Positions 36,614 to 46,406 of a DNA stretch of 64,000 nt are shown here, piece by piece. Every line of letters begins with the position of its first letter. Position 1 is the first letter of the stretch. The translations under genes were made by a program, and so were the position numbers. The notes under the pieces were generated by a model. It was not told the origin of the DNA and searched no databases. It saw only the letters and a program-made list of their open reading frames with translations. The stretch comes from a virus, in IMG/VR virus record IMGVR_UViG_3300036846_000738, positions 12,616 through 76,615 of that record; one strand, 5' to 3'.

Positions 36614-39159
36614 GGTGGGGCATCCCGGTTCGACGGTATCGATAGCGGGCCGCTGCGCTGGGCTATGAAGGCGGCCGGTGAGGTCTTTCGCGCGGTGACG
36701 GCGGACGGTGGTTGCTTCTGCGCCGTCATATCGAACAGCGGCGTGTCCATCCCAATGATCGCCGACGGCGGAGTCTTCTTGGCGACGATGTCGTAGCTCT
36801 TGTGAATTTTGCCTGCGTTGAAGCGGGCAATGTCGGGCGCCTCTTGCGCCACCAAAATCATGCCGGTGATCGGCACCAAGAAGCCTTGCAGCAACGCACT
36901 GTCGGCGGCTTCGGTGGCGGCCAGATTGCCGTCGATGCGAACCGAGCCGTGCAGGCTCGCGCTGTCCGGCGCCTCGATCGCGGCGAGGATGCCGACGTTG
37001 CGCGCGGTGACGTTGATCGCGACAATGTCCGGCGCCTCGTTGGCGGCGAGGACGGCCAAGTTGCGCACGGCGCCCGCGAAGACCGCGGTGTCGGCCGTCT
37101 CGGTTGCGGCCAGTGCCCCGGTCCAGCTCACCACGGCGCGGAGGTTCGCTGCGTCGGGCGCCTCGCTCGCGGCAAGGTCGCCGGTGGCGACGGCGCCACC
37201 CGAGATCAGCGCAATATCGCCAGCCTCGATCGCCGCCAGTGTCGCGATCCAATGGACCGTGGCCGCACTCGCCGCACTGTCCGGGGCTTCGGTGACGGCC
37301 AAGATGCCGGTGGCAACAATGCCGCCCGAGATCGCCGCGCTATCGGCCGTCTCTGTGGCCGCCAGTGTCGCGATCCAGCGGGCCAGCGCATTGATCGCTG
37401 CCGCATCCGGCGCTTCCGTTGCCGCCAGTGTCGCCAGCACCGCCGTCAGGCCGGTCAGGCTCGCGGTGTCGGGCGTTTCGGTGGCCGCCAGATTGGCCTG
37501 CCAAGCCAGCGTCGCCGTCAGGCTCGCGCTGTCCGGCGCTTCCGTTGCGGCCAAGGTGCCGAAAGCGGCGCCGCCGGTGATGATGAAGGCGGTGTCCGGG
37601 GCCTCGATCGCCGCCAGCACCGCGGTGGCATAAATGCCGCCGGAGATCGCCGCGGTGTCGGCCGCCTCGATCGCGGCGAGTGTTGCCAGCCAGCGCACCA
37701 GACCGGTGGCTGCGGCGCTGTCCGCGGCTTCGGTTGCCGCCAGATCGGCAATCCAGCGTGTCGTCGCCGTCAGGCTCGCGGTGTCCGGCGCTTCCGTCGC
37801 AGCCAGTGCGAGCCGCCACTCGACGAACGCCGCGAGCGCTGCGGTGTCGGCCGCTTCGGTGGCGGCCAGTGCGAGCCGCCACTCGACGAACGCGGTGAGC
37901 GCGGCGCTGTCAGGCCCCTCGGTCGTCGCCAGTGCGAGCAGCCAGCGAACGAGGCCCGCGCCTGCCGCAGCATCCGCGGCTTCCGTGGCAGCCAGCGCGC
38001 CAGCAACGCCGGTCACCTGTGCGGCGAGAGCTGCCGTATCCGGGGCCTCGATCGCCGCCAGATTGGCGCCGATCCCGGCACCGATCACCGACCCGGCGCC
38101 TGCAAAGCTGTCCGCGGCTTCCGTCGCGGCCAGCGTGGCGGTCGCCACAATTCCGCCATTGATGGCGGCGGTATCCGGAGCCTCGGTCGCCGCCAGATCG
38201 GCCGTCCCATAAATGCCGCCCGAGATCGCCGCGGTGTCGGCGGCTTCGGTCGCGGCAAGTGTCGCGATCCACACGATGGTGGCGGTCAGAGCTGCGCTGT
38301 CTGGCGCTTCCGTCGCAGCCAGTGTCGCGAGCCAGCGCACGGTCGCAGCGAGGCTCGCGGTATCAGCCGCTTCGGTCGCCGCCAGTGCCGCCAGCCATGT
38401 GACGTTGCCGGTGGCCGCCGCGCTGTCGGCGGCTTCGGTGGCGGCGAGGTTTGCGATCCAGCTAACCGAACCTGTCGCCGCGGCGCTGTCGGCGGCTTCG
38501 GTCGCCGCCAACGTGCCGAGCAGGCCGACCAGCCCACTCAGTGCCGCCGTATCGGCCGCTTCCGTTGCCGCCAGCGTCGCGATCCACGCCGCATTGACGT
38601 TGATGACGGCAGCATCGCCCGCTTCAGTCGCGGTCAGCGTCAACAGCCAGCGGACCGAACCCGTGGCCGCGGCGGTGTCTGCAGCTTCCGTCGCGGCGAG
38701 GGTGCCGAACGCGGCGGTCAGACCCGAGAGGCTTGCCGTATCCGCGGCTTCCGTTGCGGCTAGATTGACTAGCCAGCTAACCAGACCCGTGCCAGCGGCA
38801 ACATCAGGCGCTTCCGTGGCTGCTAGATTGCCGGTGGCGTAAATGCCGCCCGAGATCGCCGCCGTATCCGCTGCTTCCGTCGCCGCCAGATTTGCGATCC
38901 AGCGAACCAGACCCGTGACAGCGGCGCTGTCGGCCGCTTCCGTTGCGGCCAGATCGCCACTGCCATAAATGCCGCCCGAGAGTGCCGCCGTATCCGCGGC
39001 TTCGGTCGCCGCGAGGTTCGCGGTCCAAGTCGTCGTGGCGGTCAGAGCAGCGCTATCTGCCGCCTCCGTTGCCGCCAGATCGCCAGTGATGACAGCGAAA
39101 CCGGCCCGCTGCCCAACAGCCAGCAGATCGAGAGCGCCAGAATAAATCAGGACTGTCAT
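36610..39159 (-). CDS. 849-aa protein of ~36 tandem 21-aa repeats (LAATEAxDxAx...)
   Basis: Repeat directly visible in protein and DNA (63-nt period). Confidence 0.85.
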   Translation of the reverse strand: MTVLIYSGALDLLAVGQRAGFAVITGDLAATEAADSAALTATTTWTANLAATEAADTAALSGGIYGSGDLAATEAADSAAVTGLVRWIANLAATEAADTAAISGGIYATGNLAATEAPDVAAGTGLVSWLVNLAATEAADTASLSGLTAAFGTLAATEAADTAAATGSVRWLLTLTATEAGDAAVINVNAAWIATLAATEAADTAALSGLVGLLGTLAATEAADSAAATGSVSWIANLAATEAADSAAATGNVTWLAALAATEAADTASLAATVRWLATLAATEAPDSAALTATIVWIATLAATEAADTAAISGGIYGTADLAATEAPDTAAINGGIVATATLAATEAADSFAGAGSVIGAGIGANLAAIEAPDTAALAAQVTGVAGALAATEAADAAAGAGLVRWLLALATTEGPDSAALTAFVEWRLALAATEAADTAALAAFVEWRLALAATEAPDTASLTATTRWIADLAATEAADSAAATGLVRWLATLAAIEAADTAAISGGIYATAVLAAIEAPDTAFIITGGAAFGTLAATEAPDSASLTATLAWQANLAATETPDTASLTGLTAVLATLAATEAPDAAAINALARWIATLAATETADSAAISGGIVATGILAVTEAPDSAASAATVHWIATLAAIEAGDIALISGGAVATGDLAASEAPDAANLRAVVSWTGALAATETADTAVFAGAVRNLAVLAANEAPDIVAINVTARNVGILAAIEAPDSASLHGSVRIDGNLAATEAADSALLQGFLVPITGMILVAQEAPDIARFNAGKIHKSYDIVAKKTPPSAIIGMDTPLFDMTAQKQPPSAVTARKTSPAAFIAQRSGPLSIPSNRDAPP

Positions 39160-39229
39160 GGCTCAGTCCTTACGGCCAACTTACCGCGCCGCCCCTTATC
39201 TTGCTGGATGAATGCGCCACCATATTGAT

Positions 39230-39481
39230 CTAGTCCGGCTTGAGCATGCTTTCGAGAACTTTGATGCGCTGTTCAAGGTCTGCAATGCTCGGAGGATCGG
39301 GAGGCGGAGGTGGTGGCGCGACATAGGGGTCCGGCTGTGGCGAGCCTTGCTCTCGCCAGCGGTGACCGATCCAACCGCCAATGTCTTCTGGCTGGCTTGC
39401 TGTTTTGTCCCAGTTGATCCACTCCTGAGTGTCGACATTTAGCACGAGGGACGAGTCCGGCTTTTGAAAAATCAGATGCAT
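39230..39481 (-). CDS. Small fibre-associated protein
   Basis: W...G..PDPYVAPPPP, follows a fibre gene as 1762..1929 does. Confidence 0.55.
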   Translation of the reverse strand: MHLIFQKPDSSLVLNVDTQEWINWDKTASQPEDIGGWIGHRWREQGSPQPDPYVAPPPPPPDPPSIADLEQRIKVLESMLKPD

Positions 39482-39484
39482 TTT

Positions 39485-40672
39485 TCACATCCTCGCATCG
39501 GCGACCCAGTGAAAGATCACATTGGCATTAGCAGTCGTGTCACTTGTTCCAAAAACCGCGCCTTGATTGGTTGAGGTTTCCTGTAGACCGCAAGCCTTTC
39601 CAGCGCCGCCGCGATAGCACTTTCCGACCGCGCCAGCAGTGTCGTAGAGTGTCACGGTTGGAGTTGCCCTCATAAGGGGACCAAATCGAAATGGAAAGGC
39701 AAGCGGTGATGTTGTAGTGCTGCCAAGATTGTATTCGATCGGTCCGTTGAAACTCGCGGTTCCTACCGCCTCGCTATATCCCCATGATTTTTGATAATAT
39801 CTCTGGCAAAAATTCCACTCTTCCGCGAACTCACGCACCATGTAACGCGACAAGTCCGACGGGATCGGGGATGATCCGGGGATGATAGAGACGCCGGTGA
39901 TCTGGAAGGTGTCGGTCGTTGCGGCCACACCATTTATCGTTCCAGTAACGCCTGTAAAATCGCTACTAACCCACGCTCCCGCGGTGCCCAGCCACGTCGT
40001 CCCCGCAGCCAAGGTAACGCATAATTGCCATGCTTGAACGTTAGTGTTGGCCCATGTTGACGTTGTATCTCCGGGAATAACAACGGTTTTATATTCCCAC
40101 GTATCTGCCACACTGATCGTAAAGCTAAAGGGATATGATCTAGAGGCGGACCAATTACGAATGCTTGCGGAATATGTGCCGGTCCTATGTGCCTTGACCC
40201 AGAAACCAATGGCGATCGAATTGGCTCCGGCGGCTCCCCATCCAAGCCTAGCAACACGGTAGCCTTCAACCGGAACAGCAACGGTGTACTTATCACCAGC
40301 CGCAAGCGACGTGGCCGCAGTCGTCACGCTTACCTTCGCGGAATTTGTAAAACCAGCAGGAGCATCCGTCACTTGTTGAAGAGTGAAAGCACCGGTGCCT
40401 GTAGCTGAGAAGGAAAAACAATCTATATGGTATCTCGAAACGGCAGTAACGCCAGTCAAAGCGGCGCCTACACGTTCTTGATCGACTAGCATCGCACCAT
40501 TGATGACGAGATTTGCATAGCGCATTGCCGCGATGCCATCGAACGGCGTGATCAATCCTGATGGCGAGCGATAAAAGAACTGATGATCGGCTTCGTTGAT
40601 CGCGATCTCGCCAGCCAGCAGCGACGCCGGGATGTTGCCGCTAGTAGAGCTGCGCTTGAGCTGGATCGTCAT
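39485..40672 (-). CDS. Fibre/receptor-binding protein, paralogue of 1943..3514
   Basis: IQLKRSS...LLAGEIAIN N-terminus; INGAMLVDQ, EGYRV, PGDT, CQRYYQKS. Confidence 0.8.
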   Translation of the reverse strand: MTIQLKRSSTSGNIPASLLAGEIAINEADHQFFYRSPSGLITPFDGIAAMRYANLVINGAMLVDQERVGAALTGVTAVSRYHIDCFSFSATGTGAFTLQQVTDAPAGFTNSAKVSVTTAATSLAAGDKYTVAVPVEGYRVARLGWGAAGANSIAIGFWVKAHRTGTYSASIRNWSASRSYPFSFTISVADTWEYKTVVIPGDTTSTWANTNVQAWQLCVTLAAGTTWLGTAGAWVSSDFTGVTGTINGVAATTDTFQITGVSIIPGSSPIPSDLSRYMVREFAEEWNFCQRYYQKSWGYSEAVGTASFNGPIEYNLGSTTTSPLAFPFRFGPLMRATPTVTLYDTAGAVGKCYRGGAGKACGLQETSTNQGAVFGTSDTTANANVIFHWVADARM

Positions 40673-40673
40673 A

Positions 40674-41468
40674 TCAGAACGTTCCACCAGTAATGGTTGC
40701 CATGCCAGCATCCACATAGGCCGTGGTCGCGATCTGCGTGGAGTTGTTGTTGGCAGCCGCTGTCGGTGCCGCAGGCACACCGGTAAATGTCGGTGATGCC
40801 AACGGAGCGCGCGAAGTATCAGTAGGATGAATATGATCTTGTCGGGCGAAGCGTGTGGAGGTGCCTACCGTCGCGGCCCCGTCAATCAGTGGTGCGACAG
40901 ATGCCGCCTGCGCCAACACCATCGCTGTCGTGGCAAGCTGAGTAGTGTTTGTGTCTACAGCCGCTGTCGGTGCCGCAGGCACACCGGTAAATGTCGGGCT
41001 GGTTAGGTTCGCCTTCAGTGCCGCGATTGCGTCGGCATAGGCCGTGGTCGCGATCTGCGTGGAGTTGTTGTTGGCAGCCGCTGTCGGTGCCGTTGGTGTA
41101 CCGGTCAACGCCGCCGAGACCAAAGGAGCAAAGGCTCTCAAATCTTCCGCGAGACAAACGACCTGCACCTGCGGCACTGTGCTGAAACTTATTTTGGTTC
41201 CTGCACCGGTCTGGCCCGCGCCGGTGCCGGTGCCGCTGGAATTGTACAGCACCGTGGTGCGCGCGAAGGTGCCGGTCGCAGAGTTATAATTTCCCTGCGA
41301 GTCCTCCCACTGCGTTCCGTCCGCCGACTCGGCGCGCACGCTGTAGGGCAAGGCGTTGGTCGCACCTGCCGCCGCCGGACTTTGAAATCCCGGCACGACG
41401 GCGCTGTAGGTCCAGTCGGTGGTGCCGCCCGCCGTTGGCGTGAAGCGGCAGCTATTGACAAACGCCAC
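40674..41468 (-). CDS. Fibre-shaft-like protein
   Basis: Repeated SPTFTGVPAAPTAA..NNSTQIATTAY. Confidence 0.75.
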   Translation of the reverse strand: MAFVNSCRFTPTAGGTTDWTYSAVVPGFQSPAAAGATNALPYSVRAESADGTQWEDSQGNYNSATGTFARTTVLYNSSGTGTGAGQTGAGTKISFSTVPQVQVVCLAEDLRAFAPLVSAALTGTPTAPTAAANNNSTQIATTAYADAIAALKANLTSPTFTGVPAAPTAAVDTNTTQLATTAMVLAQAASVAPLIDGAATVGTSTRFARQDHIHPTDTSRAPLASPTFTGVPAAPTAAANNNSTQIATTAYVDAGMATITGGTF

Positions 41469-41474
41469 GGCTTT

Positions 41475-41885
41475 TTACGGCGAGTGAGTGATGGTGCCGC
41501 TATTGACGGTGATGGTCTGGCCGTTGGTGATGACGGTCGAGTTCAGGATGATGTCGGTGCCGGAGGTGCCGACCGTCAAGCCGCTCACGACTGTGGCCCC
41601 GGCGTTGTTTCTAAATTCGGCCAGCGCCGCGGTGCCGGAGGCCGACGCGACGGCAGACAGCGGCACGCCCTGCAGGGTGGCGACCGCGCCCGACACCGTG
41701 AGCGGGGTGGTGGGCAGCGCGATGGTGGCGAGCACGCCGGTGGCGCCCGACAGCGAGGCGGTGCCGATCACCAACTGACCGGCGGTGGCGGTGCCGGTCG
41801 ACGCCGCGGCGACCTTGGAAGCGATCAGATCGGGCACCAACTGCATGCGGTTGGTTTTGAGCGTCGCGTTGTAACTGACGGTCAT
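41475..41885 (-). CDS. Small beta-rich virion structural protein (candidate fibre/decoration subunit)
   Basis: Thr/Ala/Gly-rich; ASGTA...GLTVGTSG.DI.L....I..GQ.....TITH. Confidence 0.6.
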   Translation of the reverse strand: MTVSYNATLKTNRMQLVPDLIASKVAAASTGTATAGQLVIGTASLSGATGVLATIALPTTPLTVSGAVATLQGVPLSAVASASGTAALAEFRNNAGATVVSGLTVGTSGTDIILNSTVITNGQTITVNSGTITHSP

Positions 41886-41888
41886 GGG

Positions 41889-42857
41889 TCACCTCTTTGC
41901 CACGTTGAGAGTTTCGTTGAGGCGCGCGAATGGAGCTGACCAGTTTTGCGCCGTGGTCTGCCGATAGGTCTGCAGGGTCGGATACCAATTTTTCGCGTGC
42001 CACCAGCGCCAGTCCATCAGGTGTGGCAGCAGCAGATGCGCGGATGGGTGCCCCATCGCGCCTGCAAGATGCGCGCACGCGGTGTCGACAGTGACGACGT
42101 GATCCATCTCGGCGATGCGCTGTTGCAGATCGGCGAAGTCGCCGTCGGGCAGCGCCTGCACCTGATCGTTGGTTGCACCGGGCTGCAGGCTGTGCAGCGA
42201 AAAGCCTTGGTGCTCGAGTCCGCCGCAGAACTGCTCCAGCGAAAATTCGGTCTGCGTGCGACCTGACCATGCGAGGCCGATGCGGCCACCGCCAAAGCGC
42301 CACGGCACCGTGAGGTAGGGCGCGTTCGGGATGGTATCGAGCGTCTGGTCGAGTGCCGTCATCACCGAGAACAGCGGCAAGCGCGCGTCGAACGCCGTGA
42401 GATCATCGGGCACGCGCGGCACCACCTCGATCTCGAAGCGCTGCGCCAGCCGGACCAGCGCCGGGTCGATCACCAGCGTGATGGCGGCGCAGCGGCGCAG
42501 CAGCTCGGGCAAAAACCGCAGCGCCATGATGGCGTCGCCGAACCCGAGTTCGTGATACAGCAACAGCGGCCCGGTCTCGCCCTGCCACAGCGGCAGCGCC
42601 GCTCTCAGCCGGTTGATGTCCTCGCGCACCGGACCAAAGCCGCGCCAGTGAAACAGCCGCCATGCCACCTCATGCTGTGCGAAGCCTTCGGCATAGGCGC
42701 CGAGCGACAGCAATGCAGTGGCCCGGTTCCAGCGCGCGTAGTTGTTGTCGGGTTCACTCGCCAGCACCGCGTCATAGTCGGCGATCGCTTCGAGAAACCG
42801 GTTGTTGCGGGAGTGCTCGATGCCGCGCAGCAGCGTCATCGCGGTATCGAGCCTCAT
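41889..42857 (-). CDS. TPR plus glycosyltransferase (GT9-like) protein
   Basis: ARWNRA..LL.LG.Y.EG, E.G.GD.I..RF, IGLAWSG, D.VVTVDT..AHLAGAMG, DWRW, WYP. Confidence 0.8.
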   Translation of the reverse strand: MRLDTAMTLLRGIEHSRNNRFLEAIADYDAVLASEPDNNYARWNRATALLSLGAYAEGFAQHEVAWRLFHWRGFGPVREDINRLRAALPLWQGETGPLLLYHELGFGDAIMALRFLPELLRRCAAITLVIDPALVRLAQRFEIEVVPRVPDDLTAFDARLPLFSVMTALDQTLDTIPNAPYLTVPWRFGGGRIGLAWSGRTQTEFSLEQFCGGLEHQGFSLHSLQPGATNDQVQALPDGDFADLQQRIAEMDHVVTVDTACAHLAGAMGHPSAHLLLPHLMDWRWWHAKNWYPTLQTYRQTTAQNWSAPFARLNETLNVAKR

Positions 42858-43417
42858 CGCAGCTCGTAGACCAGCCACGTCCCGATGACATGGATCAGCT
42901 CGCGGCCTTCGCGCTTGAGCTGGTGCAGCACCTCGGTGACTTCAACGGTGGGATTGCCGTAGTCGTGCCAGATCACCATGCCGCCCTCGCGGGTGACCTC
43001 GGCGGCCCATTCGCTGTCCTGCCGCACCGCATGCGCGCCATGGTCGCCGTCGATGAACACCACGTCGGCGACGAGCTTGCCGAGATCGGTGTCGCGATCG
43101 CGCAGCAATAATTTGAAGCGCGGATCGTCCTTGACCAGCAGGCCCGGCGTGGAGGGTCGTTCGATTTGCTGCGCCGTGACCTCGAACTGGTATTCGGCGA
43201 CGACGTCGATGCCGATGTAGCGTTCGATGCTGTCGATCTCGCGCAGCACCGCCTGCGCGGTGCGGCCGACATTGACGCCGATCTCGACCATCACCTTCGG
43301 CTTGACCTGCGCCAGCAGCGTGAGCAGCACCTCCTGCTCGCCGGGCTGCATGTAGGGGCGCGCCGTGCCGCTGCCGTTGATTCCAAGATCGCCCTTGGTG
43401 GTGGAGTTGAGGATCAC
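42854..43417 (-). CDS. Class I SAM-dependent methyltransferase (Methyltransf_24-like)
   Basis: VEIGVNVG, FIDGDH, GG.VIWHDY. Confidence 0.85.
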   Translation of the reverse strand: MILNSTTKGDLGINGSGTARPYMQPGEQEVLLTLLAQVKPKVMVEIGVNVGRTAQAVLREIDSIERYIGIDVVAEYQFEVTAQQIERPSTPGLLVKDDPRFKLLLRDRDTDLGKLVADVVFIDGDHGAHAVRQDSEWAAEVTREGGMVIWHDYGNPTVEVTEVLHQLKREGRELIHVIGTWLVYELR

Positions 43418-44973
43418 TAGCCGATGATGGTGGAAACGTCGACCGGCCGTACCTGCTGGGCGACCCCGATCGCCATCGCCAGTGCGACGAGGCCGTCGAT
43501 CCGGCCCGAGCTTTTGTTCTTGCTGAGACGGCGGTTGGCGTCATCCTTGCCCTCGACCACCGCGCAGGCCGCGCACATCGCCAGCACCGGGTGATCGCCA
43601 TGGGCGATCAGCTTGTCGCGCAGCAGCTCCTCCAGACTGCGCAGCGCCGGGCTCATCGACTGGGTGCCCTGCCCGAACTCGACGAAGCGGTCCTCGATCA
43701 TGTTGGCGCCGAAGCCCGCCTTCTCCAGCCACGGCTTCAAGTGCGTCATGTTCCAGCGATCGAACGCCAGCTTGCGGATGTTGTACTTGTCGAACAGGTC
43801 ACGAAGAATGTGCGCGACGTATTCGTACTTGATCGAGGAGCCGTCAGTGGTCTGCAGCAGGCCCTTGTCGGCCCACATGTCATACGGCACCCGATCGAGC
43901 CGGGCCTTCTCGACCAGACCGTCCTTTGGCAGCCAGAACGTCGGATGGACGTGCCATGTCTTGCCGCCGTCGGGCTGGCCGATCAGCACCAGCGCGGTGA
44001 GGTCGGCGACGCTCGACAGATCGAGCCCGGCATAGAGCGGGGTGGTCGAGGCGAACGGCAGCGGCTTGGCACCGCAGGCCTTCCAGATCGAGGGCGACAC
44101 AAACGGGTTCGAGGCCTCGACCCGCTGGTTCAAAACCAGATTGCGAAACTCGGCCTCGCGCGACGGCAGCCGCCGGGCGTCGTGGGCCATCGCCAGCACT
44201 TCGGCCTTGTTCATGAAAATGTTCAGCGCCGGGTTGGCCTTGGCGATCGTCGCCTCGATCAGCGGATCATCGTCCATCGGCGCCGTGTTGAAGCGCAGCA
44301 CCGTGCGCGGATCGGCGCCCGACAGCGCGTCGTCGATCAGCATCGACAACAGGTCGCTGTCGCTCGGCGCCTGCGTCGAGATCACCACGGTCAGCGGCTC
44401 TTCCTGCGCCGCGGTCGCGGTCTCCATCGCCTCGTACAGCGGAAAGCGCGGCCCCCTCACCTGCCCGAGTTCGTCATGGATCGTCAGCACCGGCGACAGA
44501 CCGAACGCGGTGGTGGTCTCCGCGCTCAGCGCCTTGTACGAGGTGCCGACGCCCGGACACTGCAGCTCCTTGGCGCTCTCCCTGATCTTGACCACCCGCC
44601 GCAGCACCGGCGACAGCCGCACCATCTTGCTCGCCAGCCGGAAGATGATCCCGGCCTGATCGCGGCTCTGCGCGCAGGAATAGATCGTGCCATTCGGCCG
44701 ATACTCCGGCCCGCACAGATGCAGCAGCACGATCGAGGCGCACTCGACCGACTTGGCGTTCTTGCGCCCGCGCGAGATGATCGCCCGCCGCGTCCCGGCC
44801 GGGTTGCCGTAGATCGCGCGAAAGTCGTCCTTCATGAACTCGGCCATCCGCATCGGCTTGCCGACGTCCTTGCCCTCGGGCAGGAACAGAAACCGCTCAC
44901 ACCACTCGATGTTCTCCTCGGCGCGCTCCGCCGGGATGCCGCGGTCCCAGACCCGCTCGCGGGTTTCGCTCAT
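43417..44973 (-). CDS. terL: Terminase large subunit
   Basis: GRKNAKS Walker A, IHDELG Walker B, VISTQ, GLDLSS..DLTA, FDRWN, RIDG.VA. Confidence 0.95.
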   Translation of the reverse strand: MSETRERVWDRGIPAERAEENIEWCERFLFLPEGKDVGKPMRMAEFMKDDFRAIYGNPAGTRRAIISRGRKNAKSVECASIVLLHLCGPEYRPNGTIYSCAQSRDQAGIIFRLASKMVRLSPVLRRVVKIRESAKELQCPGVGTSYKALSAETTTAFGLSPVLTIHDELGQVRGPRFPLYEAMETATAAQEEPLTVVISTQAPSDSDLLSMLIDDALSGADPRTVLRFNTAPMDDDPLIEATIAKANPALNIFMNKAEVLAMAHDARRLPSREAEFRNLVLNQRVEASNPFVSPSIWKACGAKPLPFASTTPLYAGLDLSSVADLTALVLIGQPDGGKTWHVHPTFWLPKDGLVEKARLDRVPYDMWADKGLLQTTDGSSIKYEYVAHILRDLFDKYNIRKLAFDRWNMTHLKPWLEKAGFGANMIEDRFVEFGQGTQSMSPALRSLEELLRDKLIAHGDHPVLAMCAACAVVEGKDDANRRLSKNKSSGRIDGLVALAMAIGVAQQVRPVDVSTIIG

Positions 44974-45455
44974 TGCGTCCGCTCACCGCGGCCCGGCGTC
45001 CCGCTCGCCCACGGCGCCACCTCGACATACTCCTGCTTGACCCGCTCCCGCGTGCGATCGGCCACATCGGCATCGGGTATCCGCTGCTGGCTGGTCAGCC
45101 GCAGCCGCACCATCAGCGCCGTCATCGCCCGGCCCTCGCGGTCGTGCAAATGCTGCAGCACCCGGAGCCGGTCCAGTGCGTCGTCATCGGTCGGGTCCAG
45201 CAACCCGGCCCGAACCTCCTGCAAACACTGCCCAACCCAGCGCGACTGGCAGATGTGTCGGCACAACTGCGCCAGCATCGGCCACGTCTCCGGCGGGAAC
45301 CAGTCCGGTGGCATCCGATTGGTAAATTTGTACCACTCAACCCGCTCCTCTGCGGCAAGCTCCTCCAGCGGTTCCGGTTGAGTGCCCGGAACCATCGGTG
45401 GAACCGACACATCTTCCGGTTGTGTTTTTTTGGAAGCATTAGATACCGGCTTCAT
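44970..45455 (-). CDS. terS: Terminase small subunit (putative)
   Basis: Directly upstream of TerL; P.EL....W...LAQLCRH...RLRLT.Q.R. Confidence 0.75.
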   Translation of the reverse strand: MKPVSNASKKTQPEDVSVPPMVPGTQPEPLEELAAEERVEWYKFTNRMPPDWFPPETWPMLAQLCRHICQSRWVGQCLQEVRAGLLDPTDDDALDRLRVLQHLHDREGRAMTALMVRLRLTSQQRIPDADVADRTRERVKQEYVEVAPWASGTPGRGERTQ

Positions 45456-45696
45456 TTGGCATGTCCTTTCACAAAAACCCAAGTTCCTAGAAGGATTTGC
45501 TTTTGTTCCCGTTGCGCCGCCGCGCGGGAATATCATACCGCCGGAAAAAACCGCGGGTCCCCCCCGCCCCTGATGGGGCTTGGACGGGCTTGGCGAGGCC
45601 GCTGGTGCGGTAATCCCCCTGTTCTGGCACTTTCCCTGCGCTCCCGGCACCCCAACCCATCCACGGGCTTCCTATTGGGTCCCCCCTTAAACCTCA

Positions 45697-45755
45697 TAAG
45701 TGCTTGATGCCATTGCCTTATCCGCTCTCGACCTCGACCAGTTAAGTGCTTGATA
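45697..45755. promoter_or_regulatory. Two IHF-like boxes in putative cos/packaging region
   Basis: TAAGTGCTTGAT at 45697 and 45743; reverse complement fits WATCAANNNNTTR (second copy fully). Confidence 0.45.
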
Positions 45756-45916
45756 TGATTGGCTTATTCGGCGTTCCGACGAGGCCATATCGGCCTAGAA
45801 TGCCCTTCTCTTGGCGCGTTGTTTCAGGTTGTATCGTGGGGAACGCTATTCTCACCACACACACGGAGGTTGCATTGAGCGGGTGTGTGGTTGTGGGTTT
45901 AGGACTGCAGGAACAG

Positions 45917-46225
45917 TCACTTATAGACCGGATGCTTGGGATCGATGGGCCAGCCGTCCTCGCCGATGTCGGATCGATAGCCGCGGATGTCCTGATATTT
46001 CTTGCCGCTTTCGTGGCAGGTCCGGCACAGCGACTGCAGATGCCCGAGCCAGAACTCGTTCCAGTCACCACGGTGGGGACGGATGTGGTCGGCGATCACG
46101 GCGGGCGCGACAAGGCCCTTCTGCAGGCAATGGGCGCAGAGCGGATGCTGGCGCATCTGGAATCGGGCGCGCTTCTTCCAGCGCCCGAGGCCGTACCAGT
46201 CACGCGGATTGGCGGGATGCAGCAT
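45917..46225 (-). CDS. Terminase-associated HNH endonuclease (HK97 gp74-like)
   Basis: PLCAHC, ADHIRPHRGD, LQSLCRTCH. Confidence 0.88.
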   Translation of the reverse strand: MLHPANPRDWYGLGRWKKRARFQMRQHPLCAHCLQKGLVAPAVIADHIRPHRGDWNEFWLGHLQSLCRTCHESGKKYQDIRGYRSDIGEDGWPIDPKHPVYK

Positions 46226-46406
46226 GGGCAAAGCCGTTGTTGGTGGGGTGAATTGGTTGCCGCCAGAAACCAAGCTCCGAAGAGCTTTGCCGCCGATCGA
46301 GGAAGGCATTCAAATATCGGAGTTTCTGGCGGCGTTCGCGTTCGGGAAGGAGGCACCCGAAAGCGAATTGGGACTAGCTCCGCCATTTCGGCTAGGTCAC
46401 TTTGAC

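Noticed and set aside
36712-38842. Long plus-strand ORFs opposite the repeat protein (also opposite capsid, terminase, collagen and hub genes)
   Set aside because: Antisense shadows expected in GC-rich coding DNA; the minus-strand frames carry the recognisable motifs.
40725-41110. Direct DNA repeats within 40674..41468
   Set aside because: Explained by ordinary fibre-shaft peptide repeats (PTAAANNNSTQIATTAY).
45500-45620. Exact cos site
   Set aside because: The position between HNH and TerS with IHF-like boxes is suggestive, but the cut sequence cannot be identified without virion-end data.
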